A DNA stretch of 64,000 nt. It comes from Malacoraja senta (Eukaryota). The notes below the pieces were generated by a model, which was given only the letters and a program-made list of their open reading frames with translations, ran no database searches and was not told the origin of the DNA. Made by a program: the position numbers and the translations under genes. The stretch spans positions 744,001 through 808,000 of the forward strand of contig CM075997.1 in NCBI GenBank assembly GCA_038087875.1. Direction: 5' to 3'. Below are positions 51,907 to 64,000 of the stretch, one piece after another; within the stretch, counting starts at the first letter, position 1; every line of letters starts with the position of its first letter.

Positions 51907-53249
51907 TTATCTTTAAATCTTTAACTTACAATTGTAATAATACTGTTATCAAACAAGTTCCGAACAATAACAGTCTATTATTACTATTGCACTTTATCTG
52001 TTTATTTACTGTGTATATATATGGTCTATGGTGTATAGACACACTGAACTTTTATCTCCTGTTCTGTACCATGTTTACATATTCTGTTGTGCTGCACAAG
52101 CAAGAGTTTCATTGTCCTATCTGGGACACATGACAATAAAACTCCCCTGACTTCTTGACTTCTCTTGACTGTACGATTATACTAACCCAATAAACTTACA
52201 AACCTGCAGGTCTTTGGAGTGTGGGACTTTGAATGTCTATGGGGGAGAGTGCCAGTGACTATTTCAGCCTGGAGTGATTTTTATTAAAAAATGTTCCTGA
52301 TCTTGCAGAAACACATCGGTCTCCCCGCATGCACGATAACACCCCCCCCCCCTCCTTGCAGTTAATAAATCTCCCTTTGTCTGCCTGAGATGAGTGCATT
52401 CATATGCTTTTCCTTTCCCCATTCACAGTGTTAAAATTGCATTAAGATCCCACTGATTTCACACTTGATAAGGCAAAATAACAGCCAATCAGAACCAAAC
52501 TGAATATCTTGGGAACACTCAGCGGGTCAGGCGACATCAGGAATATAATGCAAAATATTAACACCTGCTAAGCTGTGAATCCAGGACCTGACATATTTTT
52601 CTCTCTGTTAGACAAAAATGCTGGAGAAACTCAGCGGGTGAGGCAGCATCTATAGAAACATAGAAACATAGAAAATAGGTGCAGGAGCCTGCACCGCCAT
52701 TCAATATGATCATCCAACTCAGTATCCTGTACCTGCCTTCTCTCCATACCCCCTGCAATCAGTCGGAAGAAGAGTCCCGACCCGAAATGTAACCTATCCA
52801 TGTTCTCCAGTGATGCTGCATGACCCATTGTTACTCCAGCATTTTGTGTCTCACCTAACTAAAAACCTCTTGTTCAAGAAGGAACTGCAGATGCTGGAAA
52901 ATCGAAGGTAGACAAAATTGCTGGAGAAACTCAGTGGGTGCGGCAGCATCTATGGAGCGAAGGAAATAGGCAACGTTTCGGCCCGAAACGTCGCCTATTT
53001 CCTTTGCTCCATAGATGCTGCCGCACCCGCTGAGTTTCTCCAGCAATTTTGTCTACTAAAAACCTCTTAATGGATGAACAGGTTAATTATGGAAGCAGAA
53101 TTAGACCTTGGCCCATTGCGCCTTCTCCTCCATTCAATCATGGCTGACCTATCTTCCAGATAGAACAATGAAATTCTTACTTTGAGCAGCACAACAGAAT
53201 ATGTAAACATAATACACAGTAAACAATATACTGAACAAAATGAAGTTAA

Positions 53250-53321
53250 GTGTGTGTGTGTGTGTGTGTCTGTGTGTGTGTGTGTGTGTGTGTGTCTGTG
53301 TGTCTGTGTGTGTCTGTGTCT

Positions 53322-53360
<39 letters not shown>

Positions 53361-53381
53361 TGTGTGTGTGTCTGTGTGTGT

Positions 53382-53428
<47 letters not shown>

Positions 53429-53537
53429 TGTGTGTGTGTGTCTGTGTGTGTGTGTCTGTGTGTGTGTGTCTGTGTGTGTGTGTGTGTGTGTGTCTGTGTC
53501 TGTGTGTGTGTCTGTGTGTGTGTGTGTCTGTGTGTGT

Positions 53538-53582
<45 letters not shown>

Positions 53583-53760
53583 TCTGTGTGTGTGTGTGTC
53601 TGTGTGTGTGTGTCTGTGTGTGTGTGTCTGTGTGTGTGTGTGTGTGTGTGTCTGTGTGTGTGTGTGTCTGTGTCTGTGTGTGTGTGTGTCTGTGTGTGTG
53701 TGTGTCTGTGTGTGTGTCTGTGTCTGTGTGTGTCTGTGTGTGTGTGTGTGTGTGTGTGTC

Positions 53761-53783
<23 letters not shown>
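53250..53783. repeat. Compound (TG)n/(TGTC) microsatellite
   Basis: ~530 bp TG repeat with TC interruptions. Confidence 0.98.
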
Positions 53784-53791
<8 letters not shown>

Positions 53792-54073
53792 GTAAGAAAG
53801 AACTTCAGATGCTTGTTCAAATCGAAGGTAGACACAAAATGCTGGAGTAACTCAGCAGGTGAGGCAGCATCTTCTGGAAAGAAGGAATGGGTGACGTTTC
53901 GGGTCGGGACGTCTGAAGAAGGGTCTCGACCCGAAACGTCGCCTATTCCTTCTCTCCAGAGATGCTGCCTGTCCCGCTGAGTTACTCCAGCATTTTGTGT
54001 CTATTTATATATGTGTGTGTGTACACACACATATGCACGCACACACACATACTGTACATATACACACACATAT

Positions 54074-54132
<59 letters not shown>

Positions 54133-54696
54133 CACACAAAAAATACACACATATTATTATATATATATAGGTGTGTGTGTGAATGTGTATATTATTTTTT
54201 ACACATACTAATCAAGAACCTGTCAATCTCCGCTTTAAAGCCGCTTCTTTGCCACTTTTCCATTTAATTCTTTTAATGTTTGGCTCAAATCCACGTCCCT
54301 TTGCAAACTAAGCAGGGGGGGAGGAGGAAGGTTAGTGTTTATTACTTGTCCCTTCCCAGCCTTGTGAGATGCCCCCCCCGCGAACGTTCCTCTTCCGGCT
54401 TTTGGGATGGAGGGTAAGTGTCCGAGTCGCTGAGTGTCAGATTGATGCCCTGGGCCGTTAGAGGCGGGGGGGGGGGGGGGGGGGCTGCATTAGATCCAGA
54501 GAGATGGAAGTTTTGTTTAGTTTAGTTTAGAGACAGAGCGCGGAAACAGGCCCTTCGGCCCAACCGAGTCCGCGCCTGTTTCCACACTCACACTGTATCT
54601 CTCTAAAGGCTAAAGACTCAATAACTTAGCCAGATCTATTTGTTCCTGCCTCACATATTTAGCCAAGCCCACAGTTCCGTTGGAATTCCCGCACTG

Positions 54697-55000
54697 TGGT
54701 TTAGTTTAGAGATACAGCGCGGAAACAGGCCCTTCGGCCCACCGAGTCCGCACCGACCCCCCGCTCATTAACTAACACTATCCTACACACACACACACAC
54801 ACTAGGGACAATTTACTGATACCAAGCCAATTAACCTACAAACCTGCACGTCTTTGGTTTGGAGTGTGGGAGGAAACGGAAGATCTCGGGAGAACGTACA
54901 AACTCCGCACAGACAGCACCCGTAGTCGGGATCGAACCCGGGTCTCTGGCGCCGCCAGCGCTGTAAGGCAGCAACTCTACCGCTGCGCCACCGTGCTACC
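54697..55000 (-). mobile_element. tRNA-derived SINE
   Basis: Reverse complement of the SINE consensus with (GTTTA)n tail at the left end. Confidence 0.85.
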
Positions 55001-57849
55001 CAGCTCATAAAACAAGAGTTAAGTGGAGTCCTGTGCAGTTTGACTCCAGTAATAGGTGGCAGGTGCCCGGATTTTCAAACCACGTCCAACAGTTTGTGCT
55101 GAATTGGAAACGGCATTGTGTTAAAGTGGTTTAAAAGCCTGAAGTTGTGTGGGCAGCTCTCCCAAGGTCTGTGTTGATGGGAGAGCGTTTAACCGAGTAT
55201 TCTATGTATTGAATGGCTTTTCAATTTTGCATTGTAACATGAACTCACTTTACAGGACGAAGCCTTTCAGAAAATGTTCATCTTTTCACAGGACGGTCTC
55301 TCCTTAATTTGCACCTCACAAACTTACCGAGTCCGCGCCTGTTTCCACACTCACACGGTATCTCTCTAAAGGCTAAAGACTCAATAACTTAGCCAGATCT
55401 ATTTGTTCGTGCCTCGCATATTTAGCCCACAACGGTAGAGTTGCTGCCGAACAGCGCCAGGTTCGATCCTGACCACGGGTGCTGTCTGTACGGAGTTTGT
55501 ACGATCTCCCCGTGACCTGCGTGGGTTTTCTCCGAGATCTTCGGTTTCCTCCCACACTCCGAAGACAATAGACAATAGACAATAGGTGCAGGAGTAGGCC
55601 ATTCGGCCCTTCGAGCCAGCACCGCCATTCACTGTGATCATGGCTGATCGTCCACAATCAGTACCCCGTTCCTACCTTCTCCCCCATATCCCTGACTCCG
55701 CTATCTTCAAGAGCCCTATCTATCTCTCTCTTGAAAGCATCCAGAGAATTGGCCTCCACTACCTTCTGTGGCAGAGAATTCCACAGATTCACAACTCTCT
55801 GGGTGAAATCGTATTTCCTCGCCTCCGTTCTAAATGGCCCACCCCTTATTCTTAAACCGTGGTCCCTGGTTCTGGACAAAGCACCCGGAGGAAACCACGC
55901 GGGTCCCGGGGAGAACATACAAACTCTGCGTAGACTGCAGGCGTGGCCAGGATTGAACCCGGGTCCCTGGCACCATAGGGCACAGCTCTACCGCTGTGCT
56001 GCCACCGAGTCATACAGCACGGAAACTGGCCCTTCGGCCCAACGCGTCCGTGCCCTCCAAGATGCCCCTCTATACTAGTCCTATTCACCCATAATTGACC
56101 TCCACCCCTCTATACTTTCCTTATCCATTTACCTGTCCATATGCAGCGTAAACCAGCATCTGCAGTTCCTTCCAATATACATCTTGTACTACCATGGAAT
56201 TCTGTTTTTGCACATGTTTTGCATGCACAGTCATTTTTATTTGTCTGTCTTGTATAATTTATATCTTGTGTATTTCTGAATCTACCTGCCTCTGATGCTG
56301 CTGCAAGCTAGATGTTCATTCGCCCCACACCTATGCATTGGACAATAAACTCGACCAAGACCAAGATCATAAGTGATAGGAGCAGAATTAGGCCATTCAG
56401 CCCATCAGGTCTACTCCGTCATTCAATCATGGCTGATCTATCTCTCCCCCTTAACCCCATTCTCCACCCTTTTCCCCATAACTCTATGAAAAATATCCAC
56501 TGACTTGGCCTCTACAGACTTCTGTGGCAAAGAATTCCACAGATTCGCCACCCTCTGACTAAAGAAATTCCTCCTCATCTCCTTCCTAAAGAAGCGTCCT
56601 TTAATTGTGAGGATGTGCCTTCTGGTCCTGGACTCTCCCACACGTGCAGTGAACTAAGATGCAGGGAATGGAGGGATATAGATCACATTCAGGCAGGTGA
56701 GAGTAGTTTATCTGCTATCTAAGTAGTTTATCTGTCTATCTAAGAGTGGTTGAGTTTGGCATTATGTTGAGCACAGACATTGTGGGCCGAAGGGCCTGTT
56801 CGCTTGCCTCACAGTTCCGTGTATATCTTTAGTTTTAGAAACACAGCGTTTTTAGAAATACAAGCCCTTCGGCCCACCGAGTCCACGCCGACCCCGCACA
56901 TTAACACCAGGGACAATTTTCACATTTAAAAAAAAAATACCAAGCCAATTAACCTTCAAACCTGTACGACTTTGGAGTGTGGGAGGAAACCGGAGCACCC
57001 GGAGAAAACCCACGCAGGTCACGGGGAGAACGAACCTACTACCCCAGACAGCACCCGAGGTCGGGATCGAACTCGGGTCCCTGGCGCTGTGAGGCAACAA
57101 CTCTACCCCTGCGCCACCGTGCCGCCCCAAACCTATCTTGTACTTCCCTGAGCTTCCTCGCTCGCTCGCTCCACTGCTTCTGGATGAGCTACGAGTTCCC
57201 TGAACTATTAATTCCTCAATTAATACCACTTAAGTACATTATCTGACCTCTATCACGTTGTAACTGCGGGAGCTGCCTACATTTTCTAACAGTGTGTCTT
57301 CAAATACGCATTTGATTACTTTTGCTAATCACTTGTTAGTACTCGGGAAATCGGGGCTCAAGACTCACGAAGATAGCAAGCAGCGCATCCCAGGTAGAAT
57401 GTGAGCGTCCTTATCTTGTCAATAAGAACTCTCAGCATCTAATAATGTCAAACTGTGACAAGGCTCTCAGAGTAAATAGAAAGCTCTGGTGAACTCTGTC
57501 ATAAGGGGTCTTTTGTTTCCCCGCTGGTGATTCATTTACTGCTTCTCTCTCCCCCGAGGTTAATTCCTTTGACCTGTGCAGCAGTTCGTGTTAAATGATT
57601 GGGTAAATGAAACCAGCACTTCCAGTAAATTACCCTGGAAAGAATAAAATTGCTCAACGAGAGATACCATCACTGCTCCTTCCAGCTGTTCAACGAACAG
57701 CGGCCTTGTGCAAGGCTACTGGCAGGGAGACTCCCCACCCTCTTCAGTCAGAGGGTGGGTGAATCTGTGGAATTTTTGCCACAGATGGCTGTGGAGGCCA
57801 CAAGTCAGTGGATATTTTTAAGGCAGAGATAGATAGATTATTGCAGTCG

Positions 57850-58225
57850 CTGCCTCAAAAAGGCTGGCAGCATCATCAAGGACCCACACCATCCTGGCCA
57901 CACACTCGTCTCCCCGCTACCTTCAGGTAGAAGGTACAGGAGCCTGAAGACTGCAACGACCAGGTTCAGGAATAGCTACTTCCCCACAGCCATCAGGCTA
58001 TTAAACTCGCCTCGGACAAAACTCTGAACATTAATAGCCCATTATCTGTTTATTTGCACTTTATCAGTTTATTTATTCATGTGTGTATATAGTTATATAA
58101 TGGTATATGGACACACTGATCTGTTTTGTAGTCAATGCCTACTATGTTCTGTTGTGCTGAAGCAAAGCAAGAATTTCATTGTCCTATCAGGGACACATGA
58201 CAATAAACTCACTTGAATCTTGAAT
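57850..58225 (+). mobile_element. Rex1/Babar-like LINE 3' fragment
   Basis: Translates KAGSIIKDPHHPGHTLVSPLPSGRRYRSLKTATTRFRNSYFPTAIRLLN, then UTR, AATAAA and (CTTGAAT)n tail; related pieces at ~26050-26370(-), 33180-33590(-), 14740-15065(+), 40650-40970(+). Confidence 0.75.
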
Positions 58226-58451
58226 CTTGATTAGTGCGGGTGTCAGAGGGGTTATGGGGAGAAGGCAGGAGGGTTAGGAGGGAGAGCTATGATTGAATGG
58301 CGGAGTAGACTTGAAGGGCCGAATGGCCTAATTCTGCTCCCATCCCTTCTGACCTGATCCTCAACATTGCAGCTTCCAGAAACAGGAGCTTAATTAAAGG
58401 GCGCTTCAAAGCGATTAAAAAATGACGAGGTTCTGTTTTAATGAATCAATC

Positions 58452-58740
58452 GGGGCGGCACGGTGGCGCAGCGGGTAGAGCTGCTGCCTTACAGCGCCGG
58501 AGACCCGGGTTCGATCCTGGCTGCGGGTGTCTGTCAGTACGGAGTTTGCACGCTCTCCGCGTGACCTGCGTGGGTTTTCTCCGAGATCTTCGGTTTCCTC
58601 CCACACTCGAAAGACGTGCAGGTGTGTAGGTTAATTGGCTTGGTGTAAGTGTAAATTGTCCCTAGTGCGTGTAGGATGGTGTTAGTGTGCGGGGATCGCT
58701 GGTCGGCGCGGACCCGGTGGGCCGAAGGGCCTGTATCTCG
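58452..58740 (+). mobile_element. tRNA-derived SINE
   Basis: GGGGCGGCACGGTGGCGCAGCGG head, GGTTCGATCC B-box, conserved body. Confidence 0.85.
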
Positions 58741-60889
58741 AAACTTTAAAAAAAAATTAAATCACTTTGTCAGAATCGAGAGAGTTTAACCGTCAGATGT
58801 ACCGACATCGAAACAATGAATGATTGTCATATGAACAATGGGTATGTGTGCTACCCTCTGCAACTGGATCCTCGACTTCCTCATTAACACGGCACCGTCT
58901 GTATAAACTGGCATAACTGGTGTATAAAATCATGAGATGAATAGATCGGGTAGATGCACAGAGTCTCTTGCCCAGAGTAGGGGAATCGAGGACCAGAGGA
59001 CATGGGTTCAAGGTGAAGGGGAAAAGATTTAATAGGAATCTGATGGGTAACTTTTTCACACAAGGGGTGGTGGTGGGTGTATGGAACGAGCTGCCAGAGG
59101 AGGTAGTTGAGGCTGGGACTATCCCAACGTTTAAGAAACAGACAGGTACATGGATAGGACGGATTTTGAGGGATATGGACCAAGCGCAGGCAGGTGGGAC
59201 TAGTGTATCTGGGACATGTTGGCCGGTGTGGGCAAGGTGGGCCGAAGGGCCTGTTTCCACACTGTATCACCATGGCTCTATAGCAACAATGCTTCATCCT
59301 CGATAACCATCGAAAAAGAGACAACTCGGGACCGAGTGCTCTGTCCACTCTAGAGAGAGTTAGATTTAGTTCTTGGGGCTAACGGAATCAAGGGATATGG
59401 GGAGAAAGCAGGAACGGGGTCCTGATTTTGGATGATCAGCCAATAGACAATAGACAATAGGTGCAGGAGTAGGCCATTCGGCCCTTCGAGCCAGCACCGC
59501 CATTCAATGTGATCATGGCTGATCATCCCCAATCAGTACCCCGTTCCTGCCTTCTCCCCATATCCCCTGACTCCGCTATTTTTAAGAGCCCTATCTAGCT
59601 CTCTCTTGAAAGCATCCAGAGAACCGGCCTCCATCGCCCTCTGAAGCAGATAATTCCACAGACTCACCACTCTCTGTGAGCCATGATCATATTGAATGGC
59701 GGCGCTGGCTCGAAGGGCCGAATGGCCTAATCCTGCACCATTTTTTTATGTTCATACCCAAGGCTGTATAGGCAGACACGTTCCCAAAGTCGCTGACGAC
59801 GCCACCATTACGGGCAACGACGAGACCGAGTGGAGGACGGAGATCGATGGTCCAATTGATCAGATGCAGAACAACGACCTTGCTCTCAACATCAATTGAT
59901 TGTGTGGGAAGGAACTGCAGACGCTGGTTTACACCGAAGATGGACACAACAGGGCTGGAGTAACTCAGCGGGACGGGCAGCATCTCTGGGAAGAAGGAAT
60001 GGGTGACGTTTCGGGTCGAGACCCTTCCTCAGACTGAGAGTCGGGGTTGAGGGGAAACGAGGTATATGAAGCCAGCAACGATGATCAAGGAAAAGTGGAG
60101 CCCACAATGGTCCGATGTTGGCAGTGGATGGATTGTCGACTCTGGGAGGCTGAGGATACATGAATCCGCCTCCATCGACATGTCCTATGTCCTATAACGG
60201 ACGCCACGCTGGCGCAGCAGTAGAGTTGCTGCCTCACAGCGCCAGAGACCCGGCGCTGTCTGTGTGGAGTTTGCACGCTCTCCCCGTGACCGCGTGGGTT
60301 TCCTCCAGGTGCTCCGGTTTCCTCCCACATCCAAAAGACGCGCGGGGTTTGTGGGTTAATTGTCCCACTGTAAACTGCTCTAGAATGTAGGGAGTGGATG
60401 AGAAAGTGGATAACATGGAACTAGTGTGAGGGCCGAAGGGCCTGTTTCCATGCTGCATCTGTGAACTAAACTCACTCGTTCAGTGCCGAGCAGATCATTA
60501 TGGATCTTCGGAGGTTGAGGGAAGACTTTAAAAGTATATAAATTTATGAGAGTCACAGATAGGGTGGAGAGGCAGAACCTTATTTACCCAGGGTGGGATT
60601 GTCAAAGACTAGAGGACATGGTTTTAAGGTGAGAGGGGGAACGTTTAAAGGTGACGCGCGGGGCAAGTTTTTGTACACAGAGGGTGGTGGGTGCCTGGAA
60701 CGTGCTGTCGATGGTGGTGGAGGCAGATACGATAGTGGCATTGAAGAGACTTTTACATAGGCTCATGGATATGCAGGGAATGGAGGGTTATGGAGTATGT
60801 TCAGGCAGAAGAGACTACCTAGTTAACTTGACATCATGGACATTGTGGGCTGAATGGCCTGTTTCTGAGCTGTACTGTTCTATATTCTG

Positions 60890-61220
60890 GGACGGCACGG
60901 TGGCGCAGCGGTAGAGATGCTGCCTCACAGCGCCAGAGACCCGGGTTCAATCCTGACTACGGTTGCTGTCTGTACGGAGTTTGTACTTTCTCCCCGTGAC
61001 CTGCGCGGGTTTTCGCCGAGATCTTCGGTTTCCTCCCACACCCCAAAGGCGCGCAGGTTTGTAGGTTAATCGGCTTGGTATCAATGTAAATATTGTCCCT
61101 GGTGTGTGTGTAGGATAGTGTTAGTGTGCGGGATCGCTGGTCGGCGCAGACTCGGTGGGCCGAAGCCCCTGTTTCCGCGCTGTATCTGTAAACTAAACTA
61201 ACTAAACTGAAAAAACTAAA
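60890..61220 (+). mobile_element. tRNA-derived SINE
   Basis: Full head, body and (TAAAC)n tail. Confidence 0.85.
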
Positions 61221-62020
61221 CTCTATGTTCTATTTTAATTTAATAAACTGAATTTAAGTTCACCCGGTCTCCGTGATGGGATTTGAACTTACGACCACAG
61301 ATCAATGGTCCAGGCTTCTAGATAGTAATCAGCTAATATAATTATTGGGCTCATGCTTCAGGGAGAGCAAAGGCCGTGGGAGTGTGACGGAAACAGAAAG
61401 CTACTGTGTGAATCCCACATGTAATAATACAGGGAGACTGGTGGGGACAGAGCAGTCGCTGCCGAGGCGGTCATTAAATGTCTGAAGAAGGGTCTCGACC
61501 TGAAACGTCGCCTATTGAGTCTGAAGAAGGGTCTCGACCCGAAATGTCGCCTATTGAGTCTGAAGAAGGGTCTCATAGAAACATGGAAACATAGAAAAAT
61601 AGGTGCAGGAGCAGGCCATTCGGCCCTTCGAGCCTGCACCGCCATTCGATATGATCATGGCTGATCATCCAACTCAGTATCCCATCCCTGCCTTCTCTCC
61701 ATACCCCCTGATCCCTTTAGCCACAAGGGCCACATCTAACTCCCTCTTAAATATAGCCAATGAACTGGCCTCAACTACCTGAAACATTGCCTATTTCCTT
61801 CGCTCCATAGATGCTGCCTCACCCGCTGAGTTTCTCCGGCATTTTTGGCTACCTCGATTTTTCCAGCATCTGCAGTTCCTTCTTAAACAATTATCCAATT
61901 ATCATGTATCTGTACACTGTAAATGGATCGATTGTAATCATGTATTGTCTTTCCGCTGACTGGTTAGCACGCAACAAAAAGCTTTTCACTGTACCTCGGT
62001 ACACGTGACAATATACTAAA

Positions 62021-62412
62021 CCTCTCTCCCTCTGTCCTCCCTCTCTCCTCCCTCTCTCCCCCTCCCTCTCCCTCTCCCTCACCCTCTCCCTCACCCTCTC
62101 TCCTCCCTCTCTCCTCCCTCTCTCCCCCTCCCTCTCCCTCTCCCTCACCCTCACCCTCCCCCCTCTCTCCTCCCTCTCTTCCTCCCTCTCCCCTCCCTCT
62201 CCCTATCCCTCACCCTCTCCCTCACCCTCTCCCTCACCCTCTCTCCTCCCTCTCTCCTCCCTCTCTCCTCCCTCTCTCCTCCCTCTCCCTCTCCCTCACC
62301 CTCACCCTCACCCTCTCTCCTCCCTCTCCCCCTCCCCCCCTCCCCCCCCTCCATCCTTCCTTTCACATCTTCCTCCCTCCCTATTCTTTATTTATTCTCC
62401 CTCCCCCCCCCC
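62021..62412. repeat. Polypyrimidine (CCCTCT/CCTCT)-rich low-complexity tract
   Basis: ~390 bp almost purely C/T on the plus strand. Confidence 0.95.
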
Positions 62413-62429
62413 CACCCCGGTTTCAGACT

Positions 62430-62767
62430 GATTATTTAAAGCTGAGCCTCTCCCACTCCTCCCTCCCTCCCTCCCCCCCTCTTGAAGACACCGAGGAAGT
62501 GCAGCGGGAGACGGGATGCTGCGAGCTGCAGCCTGGATGCGGTTGCTAGGCAACCTGACGTCGTTCCTTCCTACCCCCCCCCCCCCCATGAAGCAGCCCC
62601 TCCCTCCGGATGCCAGTGCCCAACAGCCCCCACCCCCTCACCCACCCCCCACCCCCACTCACAAGCAGGCCGGCGCGGGGTGGGAACAGACCAGTCCACA
62701 CGTGGCCACTTTGACAGAAGCTGCAGCATCATCTGCTGTTCCCAAACTGTGACCTTCATTGCAGCAG
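62430..62767 (+). promoter_or_regulatory. Putative promoter and first exon of an unidentified downstream gene
   Basis: TATTTAAA at 62432-62439, then unique GC-rich sequence ending in donor-like CAG|GTAAAA (after 62767); no convincing ORF homology. Confidence 0.4.
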
Positions 62768-63794
62768 GTAAAACAAGTCTCATTCTCTGCTGTGTTCCAT
62801 TCTCCTTAGGGGAGGGGAGGGAGGGGGGGTTGAGAAGAGGGGGGGGGCATTAGCACGGGGAACATCTTTTGCCATCAAAATGAGGGCTATTCGTACATGC
62901 AAACTGGGCTGGATTACGTCGCTATTTATTTAAGACATTCTCTCATTTAATTCCCTGATATAATGTAACAAGGATCAGTGGTCCACTCTCAGTGAAGGGC
63001 ATTGAGGGATGAACCTAGATTGTATTTATATATATATTTTAATTTATGAATAAGAGCATCTTGCTACTTATTACGTTTTATTTTTTACAACATGTTGTTC
63101 CTCGCAAGCCTTAATGTCCAATTATTTTTCGGTGGTTTTGTGCAGAGAAGGTGACTTTGGTGCAAAGGGTGAGTTTCGGCTGAGCATCTTTCGTGGTTAC
63201 GCGATGTGTTAAGAGCTCAGATTTCGTCAGTAATCCGAATGCGTGATATCTTGCTACCAGCTGGATTATAAACTCGGTAGATTTTCATCCCCCTTCACAG
63301 TATTTTTGCTTCACAGTTTATTTCCAGGTCATTACTTGGAAGGTGTGACAGTGCCTTGGTTTAGTGTCTGATAAGACAAAGATGGCAGTCTGTACTCCAG
63401 TTACATATCTTCCAGCCCCCCACTTGCATTTAACCTGCATTCCAGAGCAACGACTTAAAGCTTGCACGCCGTATCCTTATCCGGGTGCTTAAAAGTGAAT
63501 GGGAGACTTCCATCGGTGGGGACTGTGCCTTTAAAACGGCCCATAGTCAAGCAGCTGGTTAGGTTTGGAATCTGAGAACTCACAGTGGCGCAGCGGGTAG
63601 AAGCCGCTGCCTCACAGCGCCGGAGACCCGGGTTCGATCCTGACCTCGGGGGTCGGGGGGGGGGTCTGTGTTTGTGTGGAGTTTGCACGTTCTCCGTGCG
63701 GGTTTCCTCCGGGTGCCGCGGTTTCCTTCCACGTCCCAAAGACGCGCGGGTTTGCAAGTTAATCGGCCCTGTGTAAACTGCCCCTTTGTAGGGA

Positions 63795-64000
63795 GTGGAT
63801 GAGAAAGCAGGAACGGGGTGTGGATGAGGAAGCAGGAACGGGGTGTGGATGAGGAAGCAGGAACGGGGTGTGGATGAGGAAGCAGGAACGGGGTATGGAT
63901 GAGGAAGCAGGAAGCAGGAACGGGGGTATGGATGAGGAAGCAGGAACGGGGTGTGGATGAGAAAGCAGGAACGGGGTATGGATGAGGAAGCGGGAACGGG
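63795..64000. repeat. 25-bp minisatellite running off the window end
   Basis: Unit GTGGATGAGGAAGCAGGAACGGGGT, ~8 copies. Confidence 0.95.

Noticed and set aside
51141..53980. Long ORFs of 180-330 aa rich in HT or CV dipeptides
   Set aside because: Translations of (CA)n/(TG)n microsatellites.

Overview
Repeat-dense vertebrate genomic DNA, most likely a cartilaginous fish (skate/ray-like; inferred from the SINE/CR1 repertoire and an Otx5-type gene). Two protein-coding genes are recognisable, arranged head-to-head. (1) On the minus strand, the 5' part of Otx5/Crx: first coding exon 4802-4706 ([32 protein letters not shown]) and a probable non-coding exon and promoter at ~9.26-9.44 kb; the homeobox exons were not found and presumably lie left of the window. 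(2) On the plus strand, a complete COQ8B/ADCK4 gene: CpG/CCAAT promoter ~21.85-22.2 kb and 14 coding exons from 23498 to 48488 (~644 aa). It has a GC-AG final intron and an exon 3 whose reading frame is broken by compensating indels, probably consensus errors. A probable promoter and first exon of a further plus-strand gene lies at ~62.4-62.77 kb. The rest is tRNA-derived SINEs, CR1 and Rex/Babar-like LINE 3' fragments, PIF/Harbinger and hAT-like MITEs, a Helitron end, an RTE-derived short element, micro/minisatellites and a 200-N gap. The most striking unannotated signal is a very abundant, often palindromic short repeat carrying a minimal hammerhead-ribozyme motif (CUGA[A/G]GA-A-GGGU-YNCG-RCCC-GAAACGUH). 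In places it is physically joined to the C-terminal end of a Penelope-like element ORF. Nearly all ORFs in the supplied track are repeat-derived or spurious.
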